Notes under the pieces: model-generated
Databases searched by the model: none
Told to the model about the DNA's origin: nothing
What the model saw: the letters and a program-made list of their open reading frames with translations, nothing else
Origin: Eledone cirrhosa
Lineage: Eukaryota
DNA: 64,000 nt
Direction of reading: 5' to 3'
Assembly (NCBI GenBank): GCA_964016885.1
Contig: OZ024740.1
Location: 94,922,001 to 94,986,000, forward strand
Shown: one piece after another, positions 43,721 through 60,406 of the stretch
Numbering within the stretch: the stretch's first letter is position 1
Layout of the letters: each line of letters starts with the position of its first letter
Translations under genes and position numbers: made by a program

Positions 43721-45645
43721 AGTAATAATAATAAATTTGAAGACTAAAATCCAAAGAGGGCTCGATAAGGATAATATATATCAAATATATAAGAACCGTA
43801 GAACAAATATTTATTAAAATAACATATTAAAGTTTAAGTAAAGAATCGCTACTTTCACCCTTAACGGGATCTTCTGAAACTAACAAAGACAATCTGTAAA
43901 CGCAGAATGGATATTTCAAAAAAACGTTGCAACCGGAGGAAGACAGGAAGACGATACTTTGGTTCGTGGTAACGTTCCCTGCCAAAGAACGGGAAAAAAC
44001 GAATATAATACGTCATTAATAGGAGCGGTGAAACACAATTACGCGCAAAGACAGAACCACGTTTATGGTATAAAATAAGTTGTAGGCTAATGTTCTCTTA
44101 GGTGGTTCATAGAGACGTACTCTGGCAATGAACGAAACAAAACGAAGATAATACGTCATATGTGGAGCGTGGAGAACAATTGCACGCAAAGACAAAACCA
44201 CGTAAATGGTATAACAGAAGTCGTAGACTAAATTCTAACTAGGAAACCGAATGAATCTCCGCTTCAGAGTTAAGAATAAAGTAAATAAATACAATACAGG
44301 GGTAATAGAAATTAAATAAATGCATACACACGTTCAAATACGTACATACACAAGCATATGCAAAACACTTGTCATAGGTATACAAAACCACGCACATATA
44401 AATATGTGTGTGCGTGTGCGTGTATACAAATAAATAATTAATTAAACGTATATAAATAAATAAATACGTATATAACAAGCGCACCAACATACCTACATAT
44501 AGATACACAAATGTTCCAAGACGTAAGTCAGCCAAAACATGAAGTACACATATACACACACCCTAAATACGTACGAACCTACATACACACGCGGATGCAA
44601 AACTCCCGTATACACATAACCAAACCATATGTACCAGAAAATATAAAAAATGTATACGCCACAACATAATCAATCAAATATATGTTGAGAAAGTATACGT
44701 ACCTTCACAAAACATACAGGTAATATATACTTACCTATGCAAATAAGTAATGGTATAAACAAAACATATACTTAGCTACCACATGAAGACGTAAAAAATC
44801 CACGTATAGATCGTACTCTCCGTTAGGGTAAAATGTGGGGGTGTAATACAGGAAAGGTTTGTGAAATTTATGTTTACAAGCCGAAATTGCCTCATATTTT
44901 TTGTTTAAGATGTGGTCTGTGGCGTAGAGTATTTCCAGGGCCACAGCGGCGTAGAGGTCACATGGTCTTTTATTTCCGTTATACGATCTCGCCCTAGCTA
45001 GGATCTCCCAGTGTAACTTAAATTGGGTGTGGTTGTCTTTTAGACTCCAGATATAAGCTGAAAGTGACGTCATATTCCTTCTTAGAGGGTAACGAAAAGA
45101 ATGTGTATTCATGTAAAGACGCTGCTTGAAACTATTGGCGGTTAACCCTATGTAGGCTCTGCGGGACGTGGGTGTTACAACCTTACATTTGTAGACAATG
45201 TTACTAGAGAGGCATTTCCCGGATAGGGGGCAATCAACCCGATTCCTACAATTACAGTTAGTACTACCTACAGGGTTGCACGTGTTCCTACGGTTAGGTA
45301 GTTTAGCTAAATTTGAAGCTGTGATGTTATGTGCAAGGTTAGGAACGTCTCTATGAACCACCTAAGAGAACATTAGTCTACGACTTCTTTTATAGCATAA
45401 TCGTGGTTCTGTCTTTGCGCGTAATTGTTTTTCACCGCTCCTGTTAATGACTTATTATATTCGTTTTTCCCGTTCTTTGCCAGGGAACGTTTCCACGAAC
45501 CAAAGTATCGTCTTACTGTCTTCCTCCGGTTGCAACGTTTTTTGCAATATCCACTTCTGCGTTTACAGATTGACTTTGTTAGTTTCAGAATATCCCGTTA
45601 ATGGTGAAAGCAGCGATTCTTTGCTTAAACTTTAATCTGTTATAA
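43721..45645 (-). mobile_element. Naiad-like family B, 5'-truncated (EN + 3' UTR), with inverted tail copy 45346-45645
   Basis: ORF 44735-45361: CNCRNRVDCPLSGKC, IVYKC, AYIGLTANSFKQR, TSLSAYIWSLKD; ~118-bp subrepeats in UTR; right arm is the reverse complement of ~43820-44120. Confidence 0.88.
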
Positions 45646-45673
45646 ATATATATATCTGATATAAATATATATA

Positions 45674-45748
<75 letters not shown>

Positions 45749-45787
45749 GATATTAACAAATGGAAAGTATATTTATAAAATCATATC

Positions 45788-45852
45788 TATTTTATTATAC
45801 ATATTTCAAGGATACCATGTTAAGTTATGGTATGCGCTCATCAGACAAAATA
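45788..45852 (-). ncRNA. Type I hammerhead motif
   Basis: TATTTTGT-CTGATGA-..ataccat/atggtat..-GAAA-TATGTA-TA-ATAAAATA; sister copy at 59836-59900 (+). Confidence 0.7.
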
Positions 45853-46070
45853 CAATATATACCAGTTTTATAAATAAATTTTAACATACCCTTTCAAAAT
45901 GTAACCGTTACTTTTGTAAATATGTAAATATGTATAATAAAATATATATGGTTTTATAAATACAGTTTCCATTTATTATTATCGTATATTTACTCCAAAT
46001 ATTTATCGAGTGCTTTATATCAGTTATAAAAATATTTGCTTGTTGTATCCGACAATTTGAATTGAACTTT

Positions 46071-46119
<49 letters not shown>

Positions 46120-46296
46120 TTAACAATGTTAAATAAATTGTAAATAACATTTATAGAACCATATTTATTCTATTATATATTACAAGTGTACCAACACTTT
46201 GGTACGCTTTTATCGGAGAAAATACAAAGTGTGCTTTATAAATGTTGACATAGGGAGGGAACATACCTTAACGTATACACACACACATACACACCA

Positions 46297-46348
<52 letters not shown>

Positions 46349-46500
46349 AGATGTGAGAAAAAACACAGAACCTCCATCTCATCTCAACACTTCTTTTGAA
46401 GAATAGAAGTACTGCGAAACCGGTAAAGGAAACAAATATATAACTATATATTGTTTTTTAAATATGACTCCATTTGCAATTTCGATTTCATCTAGTTTTC

Positions 46501-46601
<101 letters not shown>

Positions 46602-46619
46602 TTATATGTATATATATAT

Positions 46620-46865
46620 AAAAATGAAAAATAATGAAGCGAAATTTCATTTTTCACTCTTAGTACGGCTGATACTTAAATATATATGTGTGCATGTATG
46701 TATATAAACATATAAACATATCATACTACTGTAGGTATATAAACATATAAACATATCATACTACTGTACGTCTGTATACATATAAGTATGTACGTATACA
46801 TACGTATATTTAAGTATCAGCCGTACTAAGAGTGAGAAATGAAATTTCGCTTCATTATTTTCCAA
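46620..46865. repeat. Inverted repeat made of a segment of repeat unit R
   Basis: aatgaagcgaaatttcat..ctcttagtacggctgatacttaaata and its reverse complement; similar structure at 51255-51450. Confidence 0.8.
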
Positions 46866-46871
46866 TTTTAT

Positions 46872-47330
46872 GATTCCAAGCCACTGAAAAATTCACTGCC
46901 TTCTTGGTCAAGTGGCAAATTCAAAAGAATCAGTAACGTGACACTGTGGTTAACCAGCTTGGAGTGGGGGTGCTATTAAGACAGAGCCTAGCCACTACTA
47001 TCAGTCACAGTAGTAATTTCGGCAAATTTTGCAAAACAAATAATTGTTTCTTTTGAATTTGCCACTTGACCAAGAAGGCAGTGAATTTTTCAGTGGCTTG
47101 GAATCTAGTCGCGCTCGCTTTTTTCCATCCACTGAATTATTTTTATAGACGTTCCCAGTGTCCCCGCATTTCCTGGAAGCTTAGCCGAGAATAGACTCCC
47201 TAGTGGCGTAAGGCTTATCTATAGTTATTACGTAACTATATTTATCCCCTTACAGAAACTAATTAGTTGGAGTGAAATTTTAGTAAGTAAGTCAATTTTC
47301 ATAACTTTCTTATTTACGTATTTTATATAT
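46872..47330 (+). repeat. Family C terminal fragment with ~57-bp inverted head
   Basis: 46872-46929 is the reverse complement of ~47048-47105; remainder matches 32340-32750; HHR core degenerate. Confidence 0.75.
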
Positions 47331-47586
47331 CTATCTATCTAAGGCGGGTAAAATTCCCGGGATCGATAGATGAGTTCTCTCCAGCAGTCTCTATCCCTCA
47401 TTATCGCTGCCATGTCCTGCATCTCGAACAAACCAATGTCTGTCCTTAGGGCATCAACATACGTTAACCTTGGTCTTCCTCTTGTAGTGTGTCCATGTAG
47501 GGGCTCCCAAAGGAGTACTGAGTGCAATGTCAACTCTGGATGTCGGTGAGCATGTCCAGCTAACCTCAGTCTCCTCTGTGTCACTT
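47330..47586 (-). mobile_element. RTE-clade LINE 3' fragment
   Basis: RRLRLAGHAHRH..VLLWEP.HG...RGRPRLTYVD..MRDRDCWR; short (ATAG)n tail. Confidence 0.8.
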
Positions 47587-49236
47587 TATTTATAAAATAA
47601 CAGATTAAAGTTTAAGCAAAGAATCGTTGCTTTCACCATTAACTGAATCTTCTGAAACTAGCAAAGTCAATCTGTAAACGCAGAACTGGATATTTCATAA
47701 AACGTTGCAAACGGAGAAAGACAGGAAGACGATACTTTGGTTCGTGGAAACGTTCGCTGGCAAAGAACGGGAAAGAACGAGTAATACGTCATTAATAGGA
47801 GCGGTGAAAAACAATTACGCGCAAAGACAGAACCACCACCATTAGCTAAGATCTTTCTTTCACTTATTACGAAGCATTTTCTCCCTACACATAAATATAG
47901 TAACATTTTTAATAGAAATACTATTAAAATGTCTTACTCTACGACTCCTAACCTTGCACATAACATCACAGCTTCAAATTTAGCTAAATTACCTAGCCGT
48001 AGTCAACACGTGCAACCCAGTAGTTAGTACTAACTGTAATTGTAGGAATCGGGCTGATTGCCCCCTATCCGGGAAATGCCTCTCTAGTAACATTGTCTAC
48101 AAATGTAAGGTTGTAACACCCACGTCCCGTAGAGCCTACATAGGGTTAACCCCCAATAGTTTCAAGCAGCGTCTTTACATGCATACCCATTCTTTTCGTT
48201 ACCCTCTAACATCTTAAACCAAAAATCTGAGGCAATTTCGGCTTGTAAACATAAATTGCACAAAACATACCTGCATTACAGCCCTACGTTATACCCTAAC
48301 GGATAGTACGATCTATACGTGGATATTTTACGTCTTGATGTGGGAGCTAAGTATATGTTTTGTTTATTCCTTTACTTATTTGCATATGTAAGTATATATT
48401 ACCCGTATGTTTTTTGAAGGTACGTATACCTTCTCGTACCTATATTTGATTGTTATGGCGTATAATTTTATATATTCTGGTACATATGGTTTGGCTATGT
48501 GTATACAGGAGTTTTGCGTCTGTGTGAGTATGCAGTTTCGTACGTATGGTGTGTGTGTGTGTGTATATGCGTACTTCGTGTTTTAGTTGAGTTACGTCTC
48601 CGAACATTCGTGTATTTATATGTGGGTATGTGTGTGCGCTTGTTATATACGTATTTATTTATTTATAAACGTTTATATAATTATTTACTTATTTGTATAC
48701 ACGCATACACACACACATATTTATATGGGCGTGGTTTTGTATACCTACGGTAAGTTATTGCGTATGCTTGTGTATGTACGTATTTGTTTGCGTGTATGTA
48801 TTTATTTATTTCTATTATTTCTGTATTGTATTTATTTACTTTGTTCTTAACTCTGTAGCGGAGATTCATTGGTCTCCTAGTTAGAATTTTAGTCTACGAC
48901 TTCTGCTATACCATTTACGTGGTTGTGTCTTTGTGTGTTATTGTTCTCTACGCTCCACATATGACGTATTATCTTCGTTTTTTCGTTCATTGCCAGAGAA
49001 CGTCTATATGCACCACATAAGAGAACATTAGTCCTTGACCTCTGTTATACTATAAACGTGGTTCTGTCTTTGCGCGTAATTGTTTTTCACCACTCCTATT
49101 AATCACGTATTATTCGTTCTTTCCCGTTCTTTGCCAGCGAACGTTACCACGAACCAAAGTATCGTCTTCCTGTCCTCCTCCGGTTGCAACGTTTTTTTTT
49201 AAATATCCAGCTGTGCGTTTACAGATTGACTTTGTT

Positions 49237-49287
49237 AGTTTCAGAAGATCCCGTTAAGGGTGAAAGCAGCGATTATTTGCTTAAACT
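49237..49287 (+). ncRNA. Variant hammerhead motif (CAGAAGA core), family B
   Basis: AGTTT-CAGAAGA-T-CCC gttaa GGG-T-GAAA-GCA..TGC-TT-AAACT; copies at 43831-43881 (-), 45581-45631 (+), 47609-47659 (-). Confidence 0.6.
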
Positions 49288-49398
49288 TTACGGTTCTTAT
49301 ATATTTAATATATATTCCTCCTTATCGAGCCCTCTTTGGATTTTGATTTAAAACTGCACTATCCACAAGTGTTTTTTAGCCTTCATATCATGTTCTCC

Positions 49399-49469
49399 TG
49401 TTTGATCTGATGAAAACACAAATATTATTGCATGATGATGTTTGTTTTTGAAATGCGCATAATAAAATA
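49399..49469 (+). ncRNA. Type I hammerhead motif, same family as 29050-29120
   Basis: CTGATGA..GAAA-TGCGCA-TA; the stem II substitutions relative to the 29-kb copy keep pairing (GU to AU, CG to UG, UA to UG). Confidence 0.75.
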
Positions 49470-49794
49470 CATGGAACTCCTTTAACCATCTTTTGATCTT
49501 ATATTATATATATATATATATATTGTTATACTTGTGGAGGGTCATAGTTGTGTAATATTGCCACCATTAATAACAGAACACACTCACTTGTTGGTTGGTT
49601 TTCGATTACCGATATAAAAGACACAAAAAAAGACACAGAAGCGAAAAGAGAAAAGCGAAAACCAACCAGACAGTGAGTGTGTTCTGTTATTAATTCTGTC
49701 AATATTACACAAATATGACCCTCCCCAAGTATAACAATATTTGTTTCGACACACGATTTCAAATAAAGAACCTCGCAAAACTAATTTATCGCCG

Positions 49795-49845
<51 letters not shown>

Positions 49846-49851
<6 letters not shown>

Positions 49852-50190
49852 GATATAATATTAAATAAAAGGTGAATAAATTTTATGAAACCAAATTTAT
49901 TCTATTATAATGGTACCCAAATGTTGGTACGCTTTCATCGGATAAAATGCAAACTGTGTTTTATAAATGTTGTCATAGTCAAGGAACATACCATAAGTTT
50001 TGAAGTTTTCCAATTATGGCATGTTCCTTGGCTATGTCAAAATTCATGAAACACACTTTGTATTTTATCTGATGAAAGCATACCAACGTGTTGGTACCCT
50101 TGAAATGTATATAATAGAATAAATAAGGTTTTATAAATATAGTTTCCATTTATTTAATATCATTGAATATTATACTCCAGGAAAACTCTC
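49846..50190. repeat. Palindromic element P, copy 1 (HHR 50061-50121 +)
   Basis: ~150-bp arms around aaggaacatacc..ggcatgttcctt; TATTTTAT-CTGATGA-aag..ctt-GAAA-TGTATA-TA-ATAGAATA. Confidence 0.85.
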
Positions 50191-50655
50191 AACAACATGT
50201 GTACCTCTCTCTACCACATGAATTCCGACTGCCTGAAGAGGTCATAGACAATGATGACTGTCACCGAAATATATATAGCCGAAGCTTGAAACTAGTTCAT
50301 CGCTCCTTTGTCAGTGTTAAACAAAAGGGCAACGATGGTTGCCGAACACTGTACGGTGCAATTCGGGCTGTTTGTTTACAAACAAATCGAACATTATAAG
50401 AAATGTTCGGTAAACCAATACGTACACACACACACACACACACACACATATATGTATATATATATGTGTGTGTGTGTATGTGTGCATGTATGTATATGTA
50501 TATATACATACTACTGTACGTCTGTATAGATATGGGTATGTACGTATACCTACTTATAATTATATATATATATATACATATATGTATATACATATATATA
50601 TAAATATATATGTATATATACAGTATATATGTAAATATATATATATATATGTGTA

Positions 50656-50696
<41 letters not shown>

Positions 50697-50709
50697 GCAC
50701 ACACACATA

Positions 50710-50801
<92 letters not shown>

Positions 50802-50807
<6 letters not shown>

Positions 50808-51175
50808 GATGTTAAATAAATTGAAACTATATTTATAAAACCGTATTTATTCTATTATATTTATTTCAAGGGTACCAAAACTCAGGTAAGTTTTCATCAG
50901 ATAATTTACAAAGTATGTTTTATAATTTTTGACATAGCCAAGGAACATACCTTAATGGTTGAAGTTTTCCCGTTATGGTATGTTGCTTGGCTATATCAAA
51001 ATTTATAAAACACACTTTGTATTTTATCTGATGAAAGCGTACCAAAGTGTTGGTACACTTGAAATATATTTAATAGGATAAATTAGGTTTTATAAATATA
51101 ATTTCCTTCTATTTAATAGCATTGAATATCATACTCCAGGAAAACTGACGAGTGCTCTGAATCAATTATACACAT
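50802..51175. repeat. Palindromic element P, copy 2 (HHRs ~50847-50906 - and 51020-51080 +)
   Basis: Same arms, ~25-nt spacer and right-hand tail as copy 3; intact CTGATGA/GAAA on both strands. Confidence 0.85.
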
Positions 51176-51570
51176 TTATATTTGTTGAATTACCAACAAA
51201 TTGAATATCCCTTCTGCTTACATATATATATATATATATATATATATACGTAAATGGAAAAGAATGAAACGAAATATCATTTCTCGTTCTTAGTACGGCT
51301 GATACGTAAATATATATGTGTGCATGTATGTATATATATACATACTACTGTACATATGTATACATATATGTATGTACGTATACATACTTATATTTAAGTG
51401 TCAGCCGTACTAAGAGTGAGAAATAAAATTTCGTTTCATTCTTTTCCATTGATCGTTTTCGGTACGCCCGACCGACTAACTCACTCGATATGCAAATTAG
51501 GCTACTCAGCCTTTAATATACATGAGGAAAGTATATATTTCAAACGTTCAATCATCTGCCAGGAAGGTAT

Positions 51571-51613
51571 ACGATGCTGACGATAGCTAATTAGCTTGAA
51601 ACTAGTTCATCGT
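51571..51613 (+). ncRNA. Minimal type I hammerhead (unit R)
   Basis: ACGATG-CTGACGA-T-AGCT aatt AGCT-T-GAAAC-TA-GTT-CATCGT. Confidence 0.85.
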
Positions 51614-51731
51614 TCATGTGTCAGTGTTCAACAAAAAGGGCAACGGTGGTTGCCGAACAGTGTACGGCGTGATTCTGGCTGTTTGTTTACAAATAAACCG
51701 AACATTATGAGAAATGTTCGGTTAACCCATA

Positions 51732-53440
<1,709 letters not shown>

Positions 53441-53841
53441 TGAAAAAAATGAAAACGAAATATCTTTTCTCACTCTTAGTATGGCACTTACTTAACGAAA
53501 TTTCATTTCTCACTCTTAGTATGGCACTTAACTTTAACTCACTCAATATGCAAATTAGGCTGCTCAGCCGTTAATTTTCATAAGGAAAGTATATACTTTC
53601 GAACGTTCAACTATCTGGCAGATGGGTAAACGGTGCTGAAGTTAGCTAACAAGCTTGAAACTAGTACATCGTTCCTGTGTCAGTGTTGAACAAAAAGGTG
53701 ACGTGGTTGCCTTAACACCGTATGGCATAAATTCAGGTTGTTCGATTTGTTGACAAACAAACGAACAAAGCAGGCGTTATAATAAACCTCGGCTAAACTG
53801 GTGCGTGCATATATGTATGTGTACCTGTATGCATATGTGTA

Positions 53842-53918
<77 letters not shown>

Positions 53919-54151
53919 GCTACTGTACGTCTGTAAACATATATGTATGTACGTATACATACATACTTACATTTAAGTAAATGCCATACTAAGAGTAATA
54001 AATGAAATTTCGTTTTCATTTTTTTCAACTTATCGTTTTCGGTATGCCTGACCGATTTAACTCACTCAATATGCAAATTAGGCTGCTCAGCCGTTAATTT
54101 TCATAAGGACAGTATATACTTTCTAACGTTCAACTATCTGGCAGATGGGTA

Positions 54152-54196
54152 AACGGTGCTGATGATAGCTAACAAGCTTGAAACTAGTACATCGTT
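54152..54196 (+). ncRNA. Minimal type I hammerhead (unit R)
   Basis: AACGGTG-CTGATGA-T-AGCT aaca AGCT-T-GAAAC-TA-GTA-CATCGTT; upstream sister 53629-53673 has CTGAAGT. Confidence 0.85.
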
Positions 54197-54420
54197 CCTG
54201 TGTCACTGTTGAACAAAAAGGTGACGTGGTTGCCTTAACACCGTATGGCATAAATTCAGGCTGTTCGATTTGTTGACAAACAAACGAACAAAGCAGGCGT
54301 TATAATAAACGTCGGCTAAACTGATGCGTGCATATATGTATGTGTACCTGTATGCATATGTGTATATATGTGTATATATATATATTTTTATATATATATA
54401 TATATATGCATATATATATA

Positions 54421-54458
<38 letters not shown>

Positions 54459-54462
54459 TATA

Positions 54463-54546
<84 letters not shown>

Positions 54547-54570
54547 TATATATATATATATATATATATA

Positions 54571-54624
<54 letters not shown>

Positions 54625-54777
54625 TATATATATATATATATATGTAGATAAATCTACCAAGAGTTTACGGTAGTGTCCAATCCGTATGAAGAACTCAATG
54701 TATTCCGGATATCATGGAAAGAAGAGATGTAATGAAAAATCACTTTCGGTGAAAGATAAACGGTATACAGAGTCAAG

Positions 54778-55552
<775 letters not shown>

Positions 55553-55566
55553 TATATATATATATA

Positions 55567-55610
<44 letters not shown>

Positions 55611-55628
55611 TATATATATATATATATA

Positions 55629-55680
<52 letters not shown>

Positions 55681-55695
55681 TATATATTTATATGC

Positions 55696-55730
<35 letters not shown>

Positions 55731-55770
55731 TGCATATATATATATGCATATATATATGCATATATATATA

Positions 55771-55808
<38 letters not shown>

Positions 55809-55832
55809 TATATATATATATATATATATATA

Positions 55833-58800
55833 TGGAAAGTTATATTTAAATTGTTGGGTTACAACTAGTAAATATTTATAACTGATATAAAAGCACTCGA
55901 CAAGTATTTGGAGTAAATTTACAATATTAAATAAATGGAAACTATATTTATAAAACCATATTTATTTCATTATATATATTTCAGGGATATCATATTAACA
56001 ATATGCTATGCTTTCCTCAGACAAAATACAATATAAACAGTTTTATAGATAAATAGATTTGACATACCGTAACAACATCGACTTGTATTTGAAACAGTTG
56101 AATTGGCAGTGAAAAAATTGTACACAGAGAGAAAGAAAGAGAGAAAAAAAGAGAGAAAAAAAAGAGAGAAAAAAGGAAAGAAAGACAGAAAACGAAGAAA
56201 AAGAAGAAAAAGAAGAAATGCAAGGAACAAAATAGAGAGATGGAAAGATAGATAAAGAGAAGAACTTCATGTTAAGAAACAGAGAGAGATATATATATAT
56301 AGAGAGAGGAAATAGAAATAGATAAATATATAAAGAAAACTAGGTAGTGGGACGTCCGTTGAGTAAACGTATCAATGATACATTTATTTATTTACCAACT
56401 ATGGATTAGAGCAGATAGAGATAGCAATTTTGACATTACTATGGGATCATCCGACTCAGCCCAGGTAACTGACCTTGTGGGCTTATTTTTAATCAATTCG
56501 CTACATAGGAAAATACCTGGTACTACCGGAGGTTTATATAGAGATGACATGCTTTTACTTATTTATAATAATAACTCTGAACTAAATAGAAAATGTAAAC
56601 AAATTACACAATTTTTTAATTACTTTAATCTTAAAATAGAAATTGAGAACAACCATAGAATAGTCAATTTCCTAGATATAACATTAAATCTCAACTATCT
56701 TCACTATCCTTTTCACAAGTTGAATGAAAACTTAAACTATGTCAACTTTAACTCTAACCACCTCAGATCTGTCAAAAACACTATAGTAAACTCTGTTCAA
56801 AAACGTATCTCTAGGATCTCGTCGAATAGAAAGATTTTCGACGAAAAAGCCCAATACTACAATGAAGCATTAGCTAGAGCAGGATATGCTGATAAGATCG
56901 TGTACATAGATAATGATAGACAAACTAAACAAAATAACAACTATTTTAATTACGGCAACAACCTTAACAACTATAATAGAAAGCATTACAATAATTCCAA
57001 AGGCCAAAAAAGAAATAGAACTAGAACTAGGAATATAACTTGGTTTGCCCCACCCCTTTCTCACTAAACATTAAAACCCACATCGCTAAACTATTTTTTA
57101 AAGCTCTTGATAATCGCTTCCCTAGAACACATCGGTATCACTCAATTTTCAATAGACATACAATAAAATTAACCTACTCATCCACCAAAAATTTAGCACA
57201 AAATATTAATATAATAAATAATAGGAACTTAAAACCTAGTGATAATAGCATAAATAATATACAAGTTAACAAATGTAACTGTAGAGATAGATCTAAATGT
57301 CCGTTAAATAACAACTGCTTAGTTAAAAATATAGTATACAATTGTAATGTTAATACTGACTCTAATTATTTTAACTACGTCGGTTCCACATCGACGGAAT
57401 TTAAACTTCGCTATAATAACCACAAGAATTCTTTCACAGATCCAAGCAAAAAATCTTCAACGGCACTATCAGGCGTACTCTGGCAACTTAAGCTAGATAA
57501 CGTTAGATATTCGACGGCTTGGAATATAGTCTCAAGAGGGATTCCTTTTAATTCATCCTCTGAGACATGTGACCTCTGCGCAGAGGAGATATTCTTTATA
57601 CTAAAATCTAAAAATTCCCTTAATCTACGGACAAATTTATTCAGTTGCTGCAAGCATAGATTAAACTCAACGTTTAAATATAAATTTAAATTTAAAATGT
57701 AGTATATTTAGTTTGATTTATAATTATATGGGAAACTAGCCGATAAATCTTTGATTTCTTCTTTTTATTCTTTTTATTTTTATTTTTATTTTTATTTAAA
57801 CATTCTTCATGAAAAATTAAGCTACCCTAAAAGTTGATGCTCCAAATATTTCGAATAAACGTTACACTAGATAAACTTCTATATTAAATATAAGAACACA
57901 TGTAGACCAAATGGGCATCCTAAACTTTCTGAAATGATGTTTGCTAGATGCGATTTGATAGATAATTTTCGGCTTTATCTGTTTTTCGACTCTGATGCTT
58001 ATAATGAACTTGGCAATATATTGTCAATTAATTTTGAAGGGTTGATCTTTGTGGTTTATTTTTATATTTTTATATTTATATTATTGTAGTATTTTCTAAT
58101 ATTTTTATTTTTAATATTTTTAATATGTAATATTCTTTCGTAATCTTTTTTAGTTTTCTATTTTATTATTACTTATTATTATTATTGTTATTTTTTAGTT
58201 TTGTTTCTGATATATATTTTTATTAGTATATTGAAATCTGCTCTCTATTTCTGCTTGATAGATAATCTTGTAGAGTAAAGACAGGAATAGTAGTAATATT
58301 GACTCTATATATATTTGTGTGTATATATATACACATATATGTATACTTAAATTTTTTATACCACAATGAGAATGTTTTCCGTGAACTTAGGGTTTGCAGA
58401 GTTGATCATGTAAATTCACATGGATGTTTGTAGTTATCACATAAACATATGAATTTTTAAAAAAAACTAAACATAAGATAATTACTTTTCACACATTATG
58501 GATACATGTCTCTTTCAGGAATACTGATATTTACAATATGGTGGCTGGTTTTATACATACTAATACCTCTACATTAAAACATAGGGTTTTTTACGCCTCG
58601 CCTATGTCTGGTTATTTTTAAAGTTTTCTCTCTATATAACAGCTGGTTTCTCTCCATATATCTCCCTTACATTAATACTAGAGCTAAATAAATAAATAAA
58701 TAAATAAATGTATCATTGATACGTGTACTCAACGGACGTCCCACTACCTAGTTTTCTATATATATGTATCTATCTCTATTTCCTCTCTCTCTATATATAT

Positions 58801-59160
58801 ATATCTCTCTCTGTTTCTTTACATGAAGTTCTTCTCTTTATCTATCTTTCCATCTCTCTATTTTGTTCCATGCATTTCTTCTTTTTCTTCTTTTTCTTCG
58901 TTTTCTGTCTTTCTTTCCTTTTTTCTCTCTTATTTTCTCTCTTTCTTTCTCTCTGTGTACAATTTTTTCACTGCCAATTCAACTTTTTCAAATACAAGTC
59001 GATGTTGTTACGGTATGTCAAATCTATTTATCTATAAAACTGTTTATATTGTATTTTGTCTGAGGAAGGCATAGCATATTGTTAATATGATATCCCTGAA
59101 ATATATATAATGAAATAAATATGGTTTTATAAATATAGTTTCCATTTATTTAATATTGTA
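55833..59160 (+). mobile_element. Naiad-like PLE 'E', 5'-truncated at ~56391, with inverted terminal copy
   Basis: 55920-56392 is the reverse complement of ~58697-59160; HHRs (CTGAGGA core) at 55963-56028 (-) and 59052-59117 (+); flanked by (TA)n/TGCA tracts. Confidence 0.9.
56391..57702 (+). pseudogene. RT C-terminal half + Cys linker + GIY-YIG, one frameshift near 57050
   Basis: FDITMGSSDSAQVTDLVG, GGLYRDD, VNFLDITL, SNH, RISRISS, WFAPP / CNCRDRSKCPLNNNC, IVYNC, YVGSTSTEFKLRYNNHK, CDLCAEE, CKHR. Confidence 0.9.
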
Positions 59161-59259
59161 TATATATATATATATATATGCATATATATATATACATATA
59201 TATATAAATGCATATATATATATACATATATATATATATGCATATATATATATATATGC

Positions 59260-59291
<32 letters not shown>

Positions 59292-59326
59292 GCATATATA
59301 TATATATATGCATATATATATATATA

Positions 59327-59372
<46 letters not shown>

Positions 59373-59517
59373 TATATATGCATATATATATATATATATA
59401 TATATATGCATATATATATATATATATATATGCATATATATATATATATATATATGCATATATATATATATATGCATATATATATATATATATAAATATG
59501 TATATATATATAAATAT

Positions 59518-59624
<107 letters not shown>

Positions 59625-59677
59625 TATATATATATATATGCATATATATATATAAATATGTATATATATATAAATAT

Positions 59678-59756
<79 letters not shown>

Positions 59757-60008
59757 TATCCTGGTGTCCTCCAAAAGTAATGGTCGCATTTTGAAAGGGT
59801 ACGTCAATGCTTATTTATAAAACTGATATATATTGTATTTTGTCTGATGAAGGCATACCATAATTTCACTTGGTATCCTTGAAATATGTATAATTAAATA
59901 AATATGGTTTTAGAAATATAGTTTCCATTTGTTAATATCGTATATAAATATATATGTTTATATACAGTATATATGTATATATACAGTAGATATGTATATA
60001 TGTATATG

Positions 60009-60047
<39 letters not shown>

Positions 60048-60171
60048 GTATATATATATACATACACACGCACACACACATACACACACACGCACCTATA
60101 TATATATATATATAGATATATATATATATATAGATATATAGATATATAAATACATACATATATATATATAT

Positions 60172-60351
60172 GATCAGAGCAAACAGCACGGACACTCTAT
60201 CTCAAAATTATTTTTGAAAAGCATTTAGAAATGCGCAATCGGTAGAAACTTAAAAACTTAAAGCCACAACTGAATACTAACCCATACAATCACTAATACT
60301 CTTTTATTCCTAATTAAACCATTTTTCAACTGTGTACAATTTGTCAGCATT

Positions 60352-60355
<4 letters not shown>
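60172..60355 (+). repeat. Solo terminal fragment of element A pLTR
   Basis: Matches 16035-16215, including the degenerate HHR; between (TA)n tracts. Confidence 0.8.

Positions 60356-60399
<44 letters not shown>

Positions 60400-60406
<7 letters not shown>

Larger units (their letters stand above)
47588..49500 (+). mobile_element. Second Naiad-like family B copy: inverted head (47588-47840), EN with ~170-bp deletion, chimeric tail from 49345
   Basis: 47950-49345 matches the reverse complement of 43745-45345; 49345-49500 instead matches the reverse complement of 29018-29176. Confidence 0.85.

Noticed and set aside
46620-46865. MITE/DNA transposon with terminal inverted repeats
   Set aside because: The arms are an internal segment of HHR unit R and occur singly elsewhere; better explained as another fold-back.
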